From Porphyridium purpureum (lineage: Eukaryota), in the NCBI GenBank assembly GCA_008690995.1, contig VRMN01000001.1, positions 744,001 to 808,000 of the forward strand: a stretch of DNA of 64,000 nucleotides, in the 5' to 3' direction. Below the pieces are notes generated by a model. It had not been told where the DNA came from, searched no databases, and saw only the letters and a program-made list of their open reading frames with translations. The translations under genes and the position numbers were made by a program. Below, piece after piece: positions 24,288-36,321 of the stretch (positions within the stretch are counted from its first letter, which is position 1; each line of letters begins with the position of its first letter).

Positions 24288-25051
24288 AAAAATCAAGCCG
24301 CAGACGCGCGACTCCCATGCACGACGCGCACATGTCAAATTCCACGTCCTGCACGCCCGGTGCCAAACACCAGCTTCAGGTACGTCGAGCTCCGCCCAAA
24401 GAGTACAGCTGTGGTGAACGTCTGGCGTTCCTCGCGGGCTTGTTCGGGCAGGCGGATCGGCACCCCATGCCGGGGCGAGCGCAAGCGGCGCAAGCCACTG
24501 CGATGTTGGACACACGATGGCCACACAAGACTATCCGCGTGTGCAAGTTTGCGTCCCGCACGCGCTTGAGTGCATCAGGCCTTCGCCACGCGGCCGAAAT
24601 CAAACAGGGCTTCAAATTCAGTGGACTCATGGTTCCTTTACACGGTTACCATCGTCACCGTGAGTACCCGATATTCGTGCTGGCCAAACTATACGCACGC
24701 TCCCTGACTGACTGACACACACACAGACTCTGACTCTGCACCCCAGAACAGAGGCGCGTTGCTGCGCCCGCGAAATTCAAACGCGCCTCAAGCGTGTCCA
24801 GTCGGACGGTTTATTTTTGGGATCCTATGTAAATGGGTGTCTTTACATAGAGAGTGCGCGACCGTGCCGTTTCTGCGAGGCGGTGGCCGCACGGATGAAT
24901 TCGGCGTCAGCAGTATCGGATATGGACCCAGCCGAATAGGACGCGGCGCGTGTCTGCGATGACGCGGAACATGGAGCGTGGACGAGCCACGTTGGCAGCC
25001 GCTGCAGTGATGGCCGCCGCAGCTGCAGGTGTGGGCTGTGGCGTGGCCGGG

Positions 25052-25058
25052 TATAAAA
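25052..25058 (+). promoter_or_regulatory. Candidate TATA box (TATAAAA)
   Basis: Canonical TATA in GC-rich context, about 150 nt upstream of ATG 25201. Confidence 0.5.
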
Positions 25059-25200
25059 CCGTGCGGTGGGCTCCTTCTTCACTTGTGCTCCCGATTCGCA
25101 AACAGAACCAAGGTGAAAGGTTAGGTTACGTTCGTAACACGCGGAGCCGACCAAGGATAGCGGTGGAAAGAAGGGCAGGGCGAAGTAACGACAGCGAAGA

Positions 25201-26076
25201 ATGAAGAGAGGGATGACGGGCGCCTTGGCGCTCGTGCTCTTGGCGACATTGTGTGTCTCGGTGCACGCGTACGAGTTCACGGTCTCGTATACAGACTGCA
25301 TGTCTCAGTTTGGTGCGAGGACGATTCCCGCGGCCCGTATTCCAGGACAACAGACGCAACTGAAGACTGATTTGGTCGCAAATGGTGCGGACCCGTTCGT
25401 CGCTGACGTACTCTCCAGTCTGTTCTTCACATCGATGCCAAAGGATCCCGCGTCAGGTGATTACTGCTACACACACGCGAAGCGCTTGCAACTGTTTGCC
25501 CTGAACGACCTGACCTTCGGAACGAACAGCACGATCTTTGTCAGGGACGAGGAGGAAAAGGCTGCGTTGGATGCGGCGGAAGCAGAATTCTATAACATGA
25601 TTTTGGCGCTTGAGGCCAATGCTACTTCCACGCAATCGGCAGAAACTGGCGCCTATTCGGCGCCTGCGACAGGCCGCCAGTACGACGATATTGTGCAACA
25701 AGGAGACGTATACGTGTGCGCGACCAGCAACCAACAATTTGTTCACCAAGGTTGCGCTCAGGAAGCATGTGCTTTTTGCGATACTTCAGCAGCGACGAAT
25801 TCCCCGGAAATTGCAGACGGGTGTCTGGGTAGGAGCTTGGTTGTGCACAACGTAGTCACCGAGCCCCCGTACTGGTCAAAGCGCTTCGACTGGCGCCGTC
25901 GTGTCTATCTCAACTGCCTCTTTGAAACTCACCCCACCTGGGTAGGTACAACGTGGGCGATGGCCGGTGTTGGGGACGCTCTGTCATTCTCCGAGAACAT
26001 GTACGGCAACGCGTGCCCACCGGGTGGGGCCTTTGCGCTTTTCCCTGCCTGTGTGCAGCTGTCCGGGTCACTTTAG
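25201..26076 (+). CDS. Secreted cysteine-rich protein of unknown function
   Basis: Signal peptide (ALALVLLATLCVSVHA|Y), 291-aa ORF, eight Cys in the C-terminal half. Confidence 0.8.
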   Translation: MKRGMTGALALVLLATLCVSVHAYEFTVSYTDCMSQFGARTIPAARIPGQQTQLKTDLVANGADPFVADVLSSLFFTSMPKDPASGDYCYTHAKRLQLFALNDLTFGTNSTIFVRDEEEKAALDAAEAEFYNMILALEANATSTQSAETGAYSAPATGRQYDDIVQQGDVYVCATSNQQFVHQGCAQEACAFCDTSAATNSPEIADGCLGRSLVVHNVVTEPPYWSKRFDWRRRVYLNCLFETHPTWVGTTWAMAGVGDALSFSENMYGNACPPGGAFALFPACVQLSGSL

Positions 26077-27198
26077 AAGAGCGGCAGAGCGTCGGACCGA
26101 AGGTCGAGAACTGAGATGAAAATTGTGAACTTGAAGATCGTATCTTGCGCGGAGTGCCACGGAGCAGCGGAAGTAGAGGACTTGACGCATACGGTGATGC
26201 GAAAATTGATGGGCCCTTTCTACTAACAAAGTAAAACAGCTTTGAGGAAATGTCAGATAGGTCACCAAAACCACACGAGCGATGATCTGGTGATGAGCAA
26301 ATGCCTTCGCTCCAGCGCGTATTGAATCATTTTTGAAAAGCCCCATGATATCGAGACTACTCGCACGCTGATCCAAGTAACCAAGACTGGGGCGGCTTCT
26401 TGAAAGGTGGCCAAGTCGTTCTTTTCCGGCCACGGTTCCATAAATGCGAATCCGAGTTTTCCGCTAGCCTCGTTCTGGCAGCACCGAGGCAGCTTGGCGC
26501 TCGACGGTGGACCAATACGTCGAACTGCTTCGGACACTCCGACCCAGTCGTCCTTGGTGTCGGACGTATCAGTATCATCACCGCGAGTAAACATAATTGC
26601 GCGGGTGCATGCGTCTCGTTCGTTCCGCAAGGCCTTCGTGGAGTTCTCCTCGTTGTTGATGCTTTGAAGGGATTCCTCGCACGTTCTGCGTACGCTGAAG
26701 TAACGCGAAAGGTCGATGTCGTTAGGTCGACGCCTTCCCCAAATGCAGCAGAGTCCCATGCTTTGCCCACAACAAAAATCTATGCCATGGGATGTCATGC
26801 TTGTGTCACAATCGCTACCTTGCGCAAACCTTGCTCTCGAACAGAAGAAACGCCCCGTCATCAACAGGGCCGCCCAGGAACTAGGAAACGTTGCACGACC
26901 TCGGGTTGGCATCAATCACACAGGGGACGAGCGTGCACATGCGGGCAACTTTGCGCCATCACGAAACTTTCATCTAGACTCTACGGCCTGGGTGTCTCCG
27001 CGACGCTCTTGCGCTTGGTACGTCGCGAATGCTGGCCGATATTTTTCACAGCTGACACAAGCTCACCGGACACAACCACGTCAGTGTACTTCATTCTCGC
27101 AACCATGCAGCGTCGTGCCAAGCACCTTTAGTCAGTAACGAATGGTCGCTGCCGCTCCGGACTTTCGGTGCAGGGGAGTGTCACGGTGTAAAGGGAAG

Positions 27199-29727
27199 AT
27201 GACTCTCGACAACGAAGATGACGGCGGCGGTCTAGGCGAACTGAAGCGTCTCCGGACCGCACGCTTCCAGCCGTACTACGCCACCGCGCAGGACGATTTC
27301 GGCGAGCAGTTTGAAATGCAAAAGCTGAGCGCGTGGAAAGAACAATACGTTGATTACAAGCGTCTTCGTGGTGCATGGAAGCAAGGACTGAGCTCGGAGA
27401 AGGATTGTGCCGAGCAACTTGACGCCAACGTTGCCGCGCAGATTGCGCGCGCGCGCGAGATTGTCGACCACATCTGCGTGGAAAAATTGGAGCTGATCGA
27501 GAAGATTAAGCAAACGGCTGCAGGTGTATTGGACGCCGATCTGTCGCTGACGAAATTAGATTCCGACACGCGGATCCCGTCGCCGTTTTCGCACCACCAG
27601 CCGGATTCTGCTTCGTCGAAGAGCTTGCAGCGCGAGCAGAGCAAGGCATTGCTGCGCGCTCAGCACGAGCGACAAGGGAGCATTGCTGATTACGGAGCGA
27701 CGCAAAAATCCTCTCAGCAGGAAGTACGGTCGCAGGTCCTGGTAGAGTCGCGCAGCCTCGTCACTGACGCCTCTGTCCATCTCGAAAACCACCCGGTCGA
27801 CCTCTTTCTTGAGGAGACGAATCGCGTGGTGTCATGGTATTTGAAGGCACTCAAGAACCTTCATGCTCAGCTTGTCAGCCTAATGAGTCAGAAGTCTGAC
27901 GGTCAGACGAACGGTACTGGCGAGCTTGAGATCGCGTTCGTCGACCTATTTCGAGACGTAAACCTGCTCGACTCTTTCACTGAGTTGAACTTGATGGCAC
28001 TAAATGAAGTGTTACTCGGTGCCATTGTGATGGAAAAGCGACTTCGGGGTGAATTAGGCCAGCGAGGCCGTTCTTGTCTAGCGTCACCGAATACCGAGAA
28101 CGCCCCTAAAATTGGCGTTTGGCTAGAAGAGATGCAGGAGGGCCTGCATCGTATCTCGGCTCATCGTTCGCTCGTGCTGCTGCGACATGTGGTTGAGAGC
28201 GTCTTTGCGAATCGCTTTGGCTATCGCAGTCGCATGATGGCACGTGCGCGCCTGCTTATGAAGCGCGGTCAGTCGCAGTTCAGTCTACGCAGCGCACACG
28301 ACTTGCACCTGGTCCAGCTTGGGGTGCGTTTCGGTGTAATGCTCGCCCTGACGCTGTGGTTTTTGTGGGACCTCTTTGTGGACCAGATTTTACCGGCTCC
28401 TCCCCATGACGTCTTCACAGACACCGACCCGGATGTAGAGTTTGTGCAATTCTCACAAATGGGCGCTTTTCTTTTGTTCCGTGGCTTCGGGTGCCTTCTG
28501 CTTGTTGTGTGGTGCTGGACTTTGGCTTGTTTTATTTGGGACGAAGCGCGTGTGAATTACCGGTTTTTGCTTCAGCTGAATCCGCGCGCAGCGCCGCAAC
28601 CGCTCCAGCTCCTGTCTGAAATCATCAACGTGACGAGCATCTACCTTATCAACGCCATCATGTACTTCAAGATTGTGGCCGGTCGTTTCCCTCCTGGTAC
28701 CCATCCGGCCATATTTCCAGTGCTTCTGTCCGCCTTCATTATGTTCAAACTGGTGTGGCCGTGGTACCGCATGCGTGGCTTGTGGTACTCGCTGGGTCAG
28801 ATCGTAGCAATTTTCTATCCACTGACGTTTTTCCACGCCATTTTGACAGACTGGTGGAGCTCGCTCGTCAAGCCCGTGACAGACCTTGTCCTTGGCTCGT
28901 GTTACTTGATGCATGTGCTTCAAAGACATTCAGGCTCCCTGTTGGACGCTGACGTGCACAAAATGTGCTCAAGTTTTCAAACGGCGCCGCGCATCCATCT
29001 TGTTGTGGTTCCGGCTATTACCGTGATGCCATTATTTCTGCGCTTTTGCCAGTGTGTGCATCAGCGCATCCAAACAGGAGCGAGATTTCCTGCCGAGTAC
29101 AACGCAACCAAGTATTTATTGAGCATGTTCACAGTTGGGTTTGGCACGTATCGCACGTTCCATGCCTTTGATCACACTGCTTACCGTTGGCTGTGGCTTT
29201 CTGTGTTCGAACTTAACTCGCTTTACTCCTTTGTGTGGGACATTTTCGTGGACTGGCAGCTGGGCGCTCCAGCGCACGGGTTTCTTCGCAAGGATTTGAT
29301 GTACCGGTCCGTCGGTTGGTACTACGCTGCAATGGCGATGGACATCGTCGGTCGACATATTTGGATGTTGTCTCTGCTTCCGCTCAGCACGCTTAAAGTC
29401 ACGCTCAAAAGCTTTGGCGTGAAACAAGAGCTAGACTTCTTTTCACCATCTGTGATCATGTGCTTTGAGGTTTTACGCCGTGGCATGTGGTCGTTGCTGC
29501 GCATTGAGACAGAGCATATTTCCAACCTGAACGGTTTTCGTCTGTTTGGCTTTGTCCCTCTGTACTACGGAGGCGAGACAACCGATGAAGAGGCTGCAGT
29601 TGAAACGTTCAAAAAGGATGAACGGCAGTGGCTGTGGGTCGACTTACCCACTGTCCTCGAGACATTCGCCATTGTATTCAGCGTCCTGTACATTTTATGC
29701 ATCGTCTTATTCCGGAATAAACCGTGA
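27199..29727 (+). CDS. SPX-EXS protein (XPR1/PHO1/SYG1 phosphate exporter family)
   Basis: SPX-like FGEQFEMQKLSAWKEQYVDYKRLR and FTELN; EXS motifs RVNYRFLL, D.WSSL, RFCQC, NATKY, YSFVWDIFVDW, EVLRRGMWSLLRIETEH. Alternative start at 27142. Confidence 0.9.
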   Translation: MTLDNEDDGGGLGELKRLRTARFQPYYATAQDDFGEQFEMQKLSAWKEQYVDYKRLRGAWKQGLSSEKDCAEQLDANVAAQIARAREIVDHICVEKLELIEKIKQTAAGVLDADLSLTKLDSDTRIPSPFSHHQPDSASSKSLQREQSKALLRAQHERQGSIADYGATQKSSQQEVRSQVLVESRSLVTDASVHLENHPVDLFLEETNRVVSWYLKALKNLHAQLVSLMSQKSDGQTNGTGELEIAFVDLFRDVNLLDSFTELNLMALNEVLLGAIVMEKRLRGELGQRGRSCLASPNTENAPKIGVWLEEMQEGLHRISAHRSLVLLRHVVESVFANRFGYRSRMMARARLLMKRGQSQFSLRSAHDLHLVQLGVRFGVMLALTLWFLWDLFVDQILPAPPHDVFTDTDPDVEFVQFSQMGAFLLFRGFGCLLLVVWCWTLACFIWDEARVNYRFLLQLNPRAAPQPLQLLSEIINVTSIYLINAIMYFKIVAGRFPPGTHPAIFPVLLSAFIMFKLVWPWYRMRGLWYSLGQIVAIFYPLTFFHAILTDWWSSLVKPVTDLVLGSCYLMHVLQRHSGSLLDADVHKMCSSFQTAPRIHLVVVPAITVMPLFLRFCQCVHQRIQTGARFPAEYNATKYLLSMFTVGFGTYRTFHAFDHTAYRWLWLSVFELNSLYSFVWDIFVDWQLGAPAHGFLRKDLMYRSVGWYYAAMAMDIVGRHIWMLSLLPLSTLKVTLKSFGVKQELDFFSPSVIMCFEVLRRGMWSLLRIETEHISNLNGFRLFGFVPLYYGGETTDEEAAVETFKKDERQWLWVDLPTVLETFAIVFSVLYILCIVLFRNKP

Positions 29728-30000
29728 AAGTTTGCAGGCCTCGAAGGAGTTGGTCGACATGCTCTATTCTATTGGAGGCATCAATTGCTTTGTCTGGACT
29801 TACCATATTCAATACATTCTATCTGAAGTAGACTACGTGTATCATGCCAGACTAACAGAATACCACAGGCCGTACAACGAAGAAAACACTTGTCGAATTC
29901 TCATCTATCGCGACTTTAGCCTTACAATGAAACTCTCTTGCTTTTTGACAGAGAAGGAAATCAGACAATACAGAGCGAGACAAAGACGATAACCAAGACC

Positions 30001-31257
30001 CTACTTTTCGCTCAACGTGCTAACCCCTGGCAGCTCCTTTCCTTCCAGCAGCTCCAGTGACGCACCACCACCTGTCGAACAATGAGACACCTTCTCCTCG
30101 GCGCCGTACTGCTTCGCAGCAGTGGCCGTGTCTCCTCCTCCAATGATCGTGATCGCCCCGGCTTGCGTTGCCTCAATCACAGCGTCCATCATGCTCTTGG
30201 TTCCTCCAGCAAACTTCTCAAACTCGAACACGCCCGCGGGCCCATTCCACACAATAGTTTTGCAGCTAAGGATGGCCTCCTTGAAGAGTGCACGACTCTT
30301 TGGTCCGGCGTCAAGACCCATCCAGCCGTCTGGGATGCCTGCCGAGTCATCTGCCTCCCCAGTTTCGGCATTGGGGTCAAACTTATCAGCCGTGATGAAA
30401 TCAACTGGCAAGTGCAGCTTCACACCCTTCTCCGCAGCCTTCTTCATAATCTCCGGCACAATCTTGGCACCCTCCTCGTCGTACAGTGACGTTCCAATAG
30501 GCATGTTGCCATTGACCTTCTTGAAAGTGAACGCCATGCCTCCGGCGATTATCATCTCGTCGACCTTATCGAGAAGGCTCATGATGAGCTGGATCTTATC
30601 CGCCACCTTGGCACCCCCAAGAATAGCCAAGAATGGGCGTGCAGGCGTCTCGAGCGCTTTGCTGAAATATTCGAGCTCCTTTTTCATCAGCAATCCAGCC
30701 ACGCGCTCCGGCAGGCACACTCCGACCATGGAGCTGTGCGCGCGGTGCGCAGTACCAAAGGCGTCGTTGACATAGACGTCGCCCAGCTTGGACAACGACT
30801 CGCGGAACTTTGCCGTGGCTTCTTTATCAGCCTTCACCTTGTTGCCGTCCTGGTCGACACCCTTGCCCTCCTCCTCCACATGGAAACGCAGGTTCTCCAG
30901 CAGAAACACAGTACCCGGCGCCGGATCTGCACAGGCCTGCTCAACGTCCTCGCCGCAGCAGTCTGGAAGGAACGTGACCGGTACGCCCAGCAGCTTCTCC
31001 ACGACGGGCGCGACGGGGCGCAGCGAGAACTTATCGACCTTACTTCCGTCTGGGCGCCCCAGATGTGACATGAGCACAACCGACTTTGCGCCCTTCTCAA
31101 GCACCGCCTTGATCGTCGGCAGCGCGGCCTCGATGCGCGCTGTGTTTGTGATCTCGCCGGTCTTCTTGTCCTGCGGCACGTTGAAATCCACGCGCATCAC
31201 CACGCGCTTGCCTTTCGGATCGATATCCTCGATCCCCATCTTCTTTGCGAGCGACAT
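30001..31257 (-). CDS. PGK: Phosphoglycerate kinase, cytosolic
   Basis: [61 protein letters not shown]. No transit peptide. Confidence 0.98.
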   Translation of the reverse strand: MSLAKKMGIEDIDPKGKRVVMRVDFNVPQDKKTGEITNTARIEAALPTIKAVLEKGAKSVVLMSHLGRPDGSKVDKFSLRPVAPVVEKLLGVPVTFLPDCCGEDVEQACADPAPGTVFLLENLRFHVEEEGKGVDQDGNKVKADKEATAKFRESLSKLGDVYVNDAFGTAHRAHSSMVGVCLPERVAGLLMKKELEYFSKALETPARPFLAILGGAKVADKIQLIMSLLDKVDEMIIAGGMAFTFKKVNGNMPIGTSLYDEEGAKIVPEIMKKAAEKGVKLHLPVDFITADKFDPNAETGEADDSAGIPDGWMGLDAGPKSRALFKEAILSCKTIVWNGPAGVFEFEKFAGGTKSMMDAVIEATQAGAITIIGGGDTATAAKQYGAEEKVSHCSTGGGASLELLEGKELPGVSTLSEK

Positions 31258-31399
31258 ACTGACTAACCTCTTTAGTTCACCTCGGCGTCCCGTCCGTTCC
31301 CAGCTCTCCCTTTCCCCTTCGTAACCTCTGCTCCTCCAACTTACGTACAAGTCTCACACTCTTTCTCTCGCACGCTCTCTCCACCGCCCGTGTGGCGGC

Positions 31400-31407
31400 T
31401 TTATATA
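31400..31407 (-). promoter_or_regulatory. Candidate TATA box (TATATAAA) of PGK
   Basis: About 145 nt upstream of the PGK ATG, before a purine-rich 5' leader. Confidence 0.5.
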
Positions 31408-31527
31408 ATTTTCCGTTGGAAGACCGGTTTATCGGTTTATCGTGTTTGAGTCGATTCGGTTCATTTCTTTGTGGCGCCGATAGGCGGGTGTACAGTATAA
31501 AATCAACAGTACCTTACAAGAAACCGT

Positions 31528-33456
31528 TTAGTCGTGATCATCTGTATCGGTTAGCTGGCTGTTGTTGCTCAACTCGCAATGGCGTTCGAAGCCCCTGCGC
31601 ACGGACGAGCGCACGTGCCATGTGCGCCAGCCAAGAATGGAATCAAAGCGCGGTGTCATCCACTTGGGCTGAAAGCTGAGCCCCTTCTCCCGCAAGTGCC
31701 ACGCCTGCGTGGCGTTGGGCCTGACGGCGAATAGCTTGTGCACAGTGATGGCGCCGCAGAGCTTGCAGTGCGCAACAACCTTGCCGTGCCGCCGATCGGG
31801 CCTTGGGTTCACCTCGTAACATGACTCGTTGGTAAGCTGTGTCTCAGGGTCTACCAGCGCAGGCAAACTAGCGTGCAGCAACGAGTCGGTGACGCGCGCA
31901 TAGTTGCGCTCCGAATCAAATACATTTAACCACGGAAAGATGTACAAACCATCGGTCAAATGGGTCCGTATCCGGTCGAAGAGCTCACTTGCAGCCTCCG
32001 GTACGTGCTTGGACCAAGGATAAGAAGGAGCAAAAAACTCATCCACGTCGGCTGATGCAACCCACGCAAAGTGAGGGCTGAACAAGTGGTACGCGAGTTC
32101 AAGCGCAACGGTCTGTCCGTGGTACAGAGACAATTCGCACGCTCTCCCGTACGCCTCGCCACCCTTGTGACTGGTACCTAGGCGGCAGTACGGAAACAAA
32201 ACGATTCGAGCGAACACGGTGCTCGGCACGCCGAGGCGAGTCAGTTCTGTTTCAATCCTGCATTTTAAGCGGGAAAGTGCCAGTACATTGCGCTTGTGCA
32301 GGCCCTCACGACACTTTGTGTTCCCGTCCTCGGGGCGACTGTTTGCGCGAGTGCACCAGGCTTCGATCTCTGAAACACTGTGAGGAACGCGCACGGAAAT
32401 TCCAACCACATCAAACTGCGCCAAACCCAGGAGGCTTCGAACCGCATAATGCGCTGCCTCGACCCCGCTGTCAAGCTTTGCGCCGAATAGGCCGCCGCTC
32501 GTGACGACCGCCGCGCCTGTGGCATCCGCGCACGTATTGAAGCCTCTACTGTTCAGCACTGGAGGTATTATATCAGGCGCAAACCAGTCAGCTGCGCAGC
32601 CAACGGCAAACCGAGCCGTGTAGCTGAAGATGTGCTCACCCACGCCGCTGTCTTCTGCATAGGAGCCACTCAATTTGAGCTCAATCATTAGTTGATCCCA
32701 GCCACTGCTGAGTGCCGGATCCATCATCAGGTGCACCACCCAATCATGATCGCGAGTAACCGTCAGCGGCGCGATCAAATGCGAGAGCGAGAAGACACTT
32801 TCCACGTGGATTCCCTGAACAAACTCGGACAACGCCGTGTCATATAAACGCGCGCTGGTTGTCTCTGTAGACATCGTTGCACTCGCGTGGCTTGTCACGT
32901 GAAGCACGATACGTGTGTGCGACGGTGTCGGCTTGAACTCTTGCGTGGCGAAGCGACGGTCGATATATGCCTCTCGAATCCACATGACATGATGGTCAAG
33001 CCCAAACGATTCGGAATTTTCCGGCAGTAAGAATGTGCCAACGCATCGCTTGGCTGTCGGATACCAAACCTGGATCGAGGCAGGCGATGCCTCATCTGAA
33101 GAAGGTCCATTCACAGCATCGCCCCCATCAGAACTGCACGCACCGGCGCGCTCGCTGGGGCTCGAAGTACTTGATCGCGGCGCCACAGATTCTTCAAGTT
33201 CTGGCCAAGATGTAGGCAGGGGAAACGATGCATACTCATCTGACTTTGATATTGGCTGTGCAGGCGCGGTGCTAAACGCACCTCTTTCCTGTTCCAACCG
33301 GTTTTTCTGCGGAACCGGAACCACAATAAACGCTGTGCGGTCCACTCTAGCCAGGCCCTTGAGCGCATCTGTGGTGATCACTGCCAGCGTGACCAAAACG
33401 AGGGTCACAGAGAGCACCAGCAGGCGCCCCTGCTCGGAACTTATCCAGTTGTTCAT
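31528..33456 (-). CDS. Type II membrane protein, putative GT-A glycosyltransferase (GT92/DUF23-like)
   Basis: N-terminal TM anchor, Ser/Pro stem, YHGQTVALE...WVASADVDEFFAP (DxD), GKVV and ITVH motifs. Confidence 0.6.
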   Translation of the reverse strand: MNNWISSEQGRLLVLSVTLVLVTLAVITTDALKGLARVDRTAFIVVPVPQKNRLEQERGAFSTAPAQPISKSDEYASFPLPTSWPELEESVAPRSSTSSPSERAGACSSDGGDAVNGPSSDEASPASIQVWYPTAKRCVGTFLLPENSESFGLDHHVMWIREAYIDRRFATQEFKPTPSHTRIVLHVTSHASATMSTETTSARLYDTALSEFVQGIHVESVFSLSHLIAPLTVTRDHDWVVHLMMDPALSSGWDQLMIELKLSGSYAEDSGVGEHIFSYTARFAVGCAADWFAPDIIPPVLNSRGFNTCADATGAAVVTSGGLFGAKLDSGVEAAHYAVRSLLGLAQFDVVGISVRVPHSVSEIEAWCTRANSRPEDGNTKCREGLHKRNVLALSRLKCRIETELTRLGVPSTVFARIVLFPYCRLGTSHKGGEAYGRACELSLYHGQTVALELAYHLFSPHFAWVASADVDEFFAPSYPWSKHVPEAASELFDRIRTHLTDGLYIFPWLNVFDSERNYARVTDSLLHASLPALVDPETQLTNESCYEVNPRPDRRHGKVVAHCKLCGAITVHKLFAVRPNATQAWHLREKGLSFQPKWMTPRFDSILGWRTWHVRSSVRRGFERHCELSNNSQLTDTDDHD

Positions 33457-35085
33457 GCAAGAGAAGCGTCTCGCGCGAACACAGCGCGGTCTTCATCTCT
33501 CACGCTCGCAACGCCGCGTCATCACTTCCAATTTCCTCGCTATTCGTGGAGGCGAATAAAGTACACGCACGGACTGTACCGCCGCGTGCGAAGTCTTAAG
33601 CCGAGCTCTCATGCTCTGACTTTGCTGCGGACGTTTGAAGGCACCGCTGCTGAACTGGGTCTACGACTCTGATACCGCGGCGGCCCTCGCTTTGCACGTG
33701 AAGCGTTCGCCAAGTTTATTGTGAATGTTTTAACCGCACGAAGATCTCACTATTCGCTTTCATGGCGTTGCCGTGATGAGGAAGAACGCGTCAAGGGCGG
33801 CCGCACACGCAGTCCCAGCAACATTCCCGACAACGGCGGACGTTCACCTCCAAGTTTCACCAATACCAATTGGATGTAGTGGGTAGCTTCATCAGCGAGA
33901 TGCACTTTGGACACGGAAGGAACATACGTTTGCAAGTCTGGCAAGGCGAGCCTTGACTCTCTTTGATTTACTGTCTGCGGCTAGCGCGACAGAGGCGTTA
34001 ACAAAGTTGTGGGGACCCATGCGATACGGTGTGACACACGGCCGCCGCAGCACAGCATCCGAATGCAAGATGTTTCCGTGGAATGTGACTCTGCCACCGT
34101 GAGCCGGCGGTCTCTAAAGCATCTTCCAGCGGCTGCTTTGGATTTTCAGCGCGCTCTACCGAGCGCATGCCGCCGGCCCCTACTTTTGCCTCGGCCAGAA
34201 CGCTCCTAGTTTGGCCGGTGTAATTGCACCGCTTGTGAGTGACGCCGTTGCGCCAATCTTGCGTGGGGTCGTTGTGGGGGTTCTAGTTCCACATGACTTC
34301 GGCTGATAGGCTACGAACCGCGGAGCCGTTAATGCATGATGCCTTCTCGGACAAGGGAGTGGTGCGTGGCTGCAACGCTTGAATGTCTGAGCGCATTTCC
34401 AAAAAGTATGCTCACACACACACACACGCACACACATTCTTCTCTGATCCGCACGTCTCATAATTCTGTACTTCCTACCAAGCGCATCGATGTGATGGAA
34501 GCTTCCTACAGCATCGCCCACCCGGCCGCAAATCATTGTTGCTGCTTGCACTCGGCACAATGCGGAACGCGAGAAATTAAAATAGGATATGCTTGAAGGG
34601 GAGCATACTCACTTTAAGCTTACGAGAAGAAACGCCGCATCTTAATTGAAGAGAGAGAAAAGGGGAGGATCCACGTCAGCATCTTGATGCATCAGTGCGC
34701 AAGATGTGTTTACACATGCGGAAAGTCTCAAGATTCGGCGTTCGTTCGGAAGAAAGGAAGAAAGAAAACAACACCAAGTGCGGTCTGCATCGAGGGATTG
34801 ATCGAGACGCTTTTGCTGTAGCAAACGAACGATCCATGGTTACCTCGAGCGACGACGCGTGCGGACTAGTATATAGCCATTACATTCACTGGTTGGACTG
34901 GAAGAATGGGCGCCACTGAGCTGAGCGGCGCGGTGAATGTATGTGTGTGTTTGTGTGTGTGTAAAGGACGTACGAACGAGCAGAGACTTTGCGTGATTGG
35001 CAAGTGCGAGCGCGTCACGTGGATAAGCAAGTCCGCAAGCTGAAAGTGCGCGCACAGTGCGTGCGGCGCAAGGCTAGTGGAAGAC

Positions 35086-36321
35086 ATGATGAGCACGCCG
35101 GGTGGACCGGTCCAAGCTGCCGCGTATGGGCACGCCACAGGAGCTGGACGCGGCGACAGCAGTGGCCTCAGGGACGCAAGCGTCAGAGTCGCAGCGGGCA
35201 CCTTCAAGAGACCCCGCGAGTATTTGCACTTTGAGGCGCCCTTCCGCCGGTTCCTGCTTCGCCGCGAGCTTCTTGCGTCGCGTGCGGACGAAACAGATAT
35301 TCTAATGACGTCCTCCCTTGACCGCGGGCGCGGCGCGACACTCGACCGTTCTGTGGGTAATGAACCATTCCGAAAATCCATCGCCGGGGCTGGACTGGGC
35401 AGGAGCAGTAGTGGTACGGGCTGGGATAGGCCACAGGATATGTCCGGGGTCACGACTCCATCAATGGAAATGACATCGCTACAATGGGAGGGATCATTGC
35501 AACATCAAGCACAGGTGTACCGAAAACAAGAGCGGCAGGTATTGCAGCCTGTTGGGCCGCCTGCGGAACAGCATCAGTCGCGACCACCGCCTTCTCAAGA
35601 GCAACTTCATCAGCTGCCACTGCCGCCTCGCCTAGGCCACCAGCTTCCCCATTCTTGGCCTCCACAAGAGCAGCCGCTACAAACGGGGAACCGTGTTCCG
35701 CATCAGCAGGTGCTGGTGCAGCGCTCTGGGAGCATGGATCACGCGGGGCCAAGCCACGAGGCGTGGCCAGCGAGCCTCCACCAATTCCAAGCCCATCATA
35801 ATCAGCGCGCTGGTGGGGACTTGAAACTGTCCAAGGACTTAACATACAATTGTCCATCGTGCTTGCTGTGCTTTGCGCGCAAACCGGATCTGTACCGGCA
35901 CGTGCGTACCGTTCACTTGGGTCTGAAGCGATTCGCATGTCCGACGTGCGGGCGCCTGTTTGGCACGAGTGGAAACATGAGGAAGCACATGCGCAACGTA
36001 CATGAAGCTTCTGGAAGATTATCGGGCTCAAATGCGGAGAGACGGAGCTCTCATGCCGGACGAATGAACCGCATTCTGGAGCCACACTCGTCGTCGGGTG
36101 GGTCGAGTGAGATTGATCTGGGGACAGAGAGCGGAGAAAAGGATGACGCCGCAACCAATCTGCTGCTCCGTATAGATCCGCAGTCGTACTCTGCTGAACC
36201 CCAGTCCTCTCCGGCTGGGTCGGGAACTGAGAGCGACGACTCCAAGGAAGATACGAAGTCTGGCATAAAGAGTGGTGAGAAGGAGGGTTCCTCCACGGGG
36301 TCAGACACGAAAGGCGGGTAG
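35086..36321 (+). CDS. C2H2 zinc-finger transcription factor (two fingers, Gln/Pro-rich region)
   Basis: YNCPSCLLCFARKPDLYRHVRTVH-LGLKRF-ACPTCGRLFGTSGNMRKHMRNVH. Confidence 0.9.
   Translation: MMSTPGGPVQAAAYGHATGAGRGDSSGLRDASVRVAAGTFKRPREYLHFEAPFRRFLLRRELLASRADETDILMTSSLDRGRGATLDRSVGNEPFRKSIAGAGLGRSSSGTGWDRPQDMSGVTTPSMEMTSLQWEGSLQHQAQVYRKQERQVLQPVGPPAEQHQSRPPPSQEQLHQLPLPPRLGHQLPHSWPPQEQPLQTGNRVPHQQVLVQRSGSMDHAGPSHEAWPASLHQFQAHHNQRAGGDLKLSKDLTYNCPSCLLCFARKPDLYRHVRTVHLGLKRFACPTCGRLFGTSGNMRKHMRNVHEASGRLSGSNAERRSSHAGRMNRILEPHSSSGGSSEIDLGTESGEKDDAATNLLLRIDPQSYSAEPQSSPAGSGTESDDSKEDTKSGIKSGEKEGSSTGSDTKGG

Noticed and set aside
34414..34436. (CA)n tract, and (GT)n near 34942
   Set aside because: Ordinary short microsatellites.
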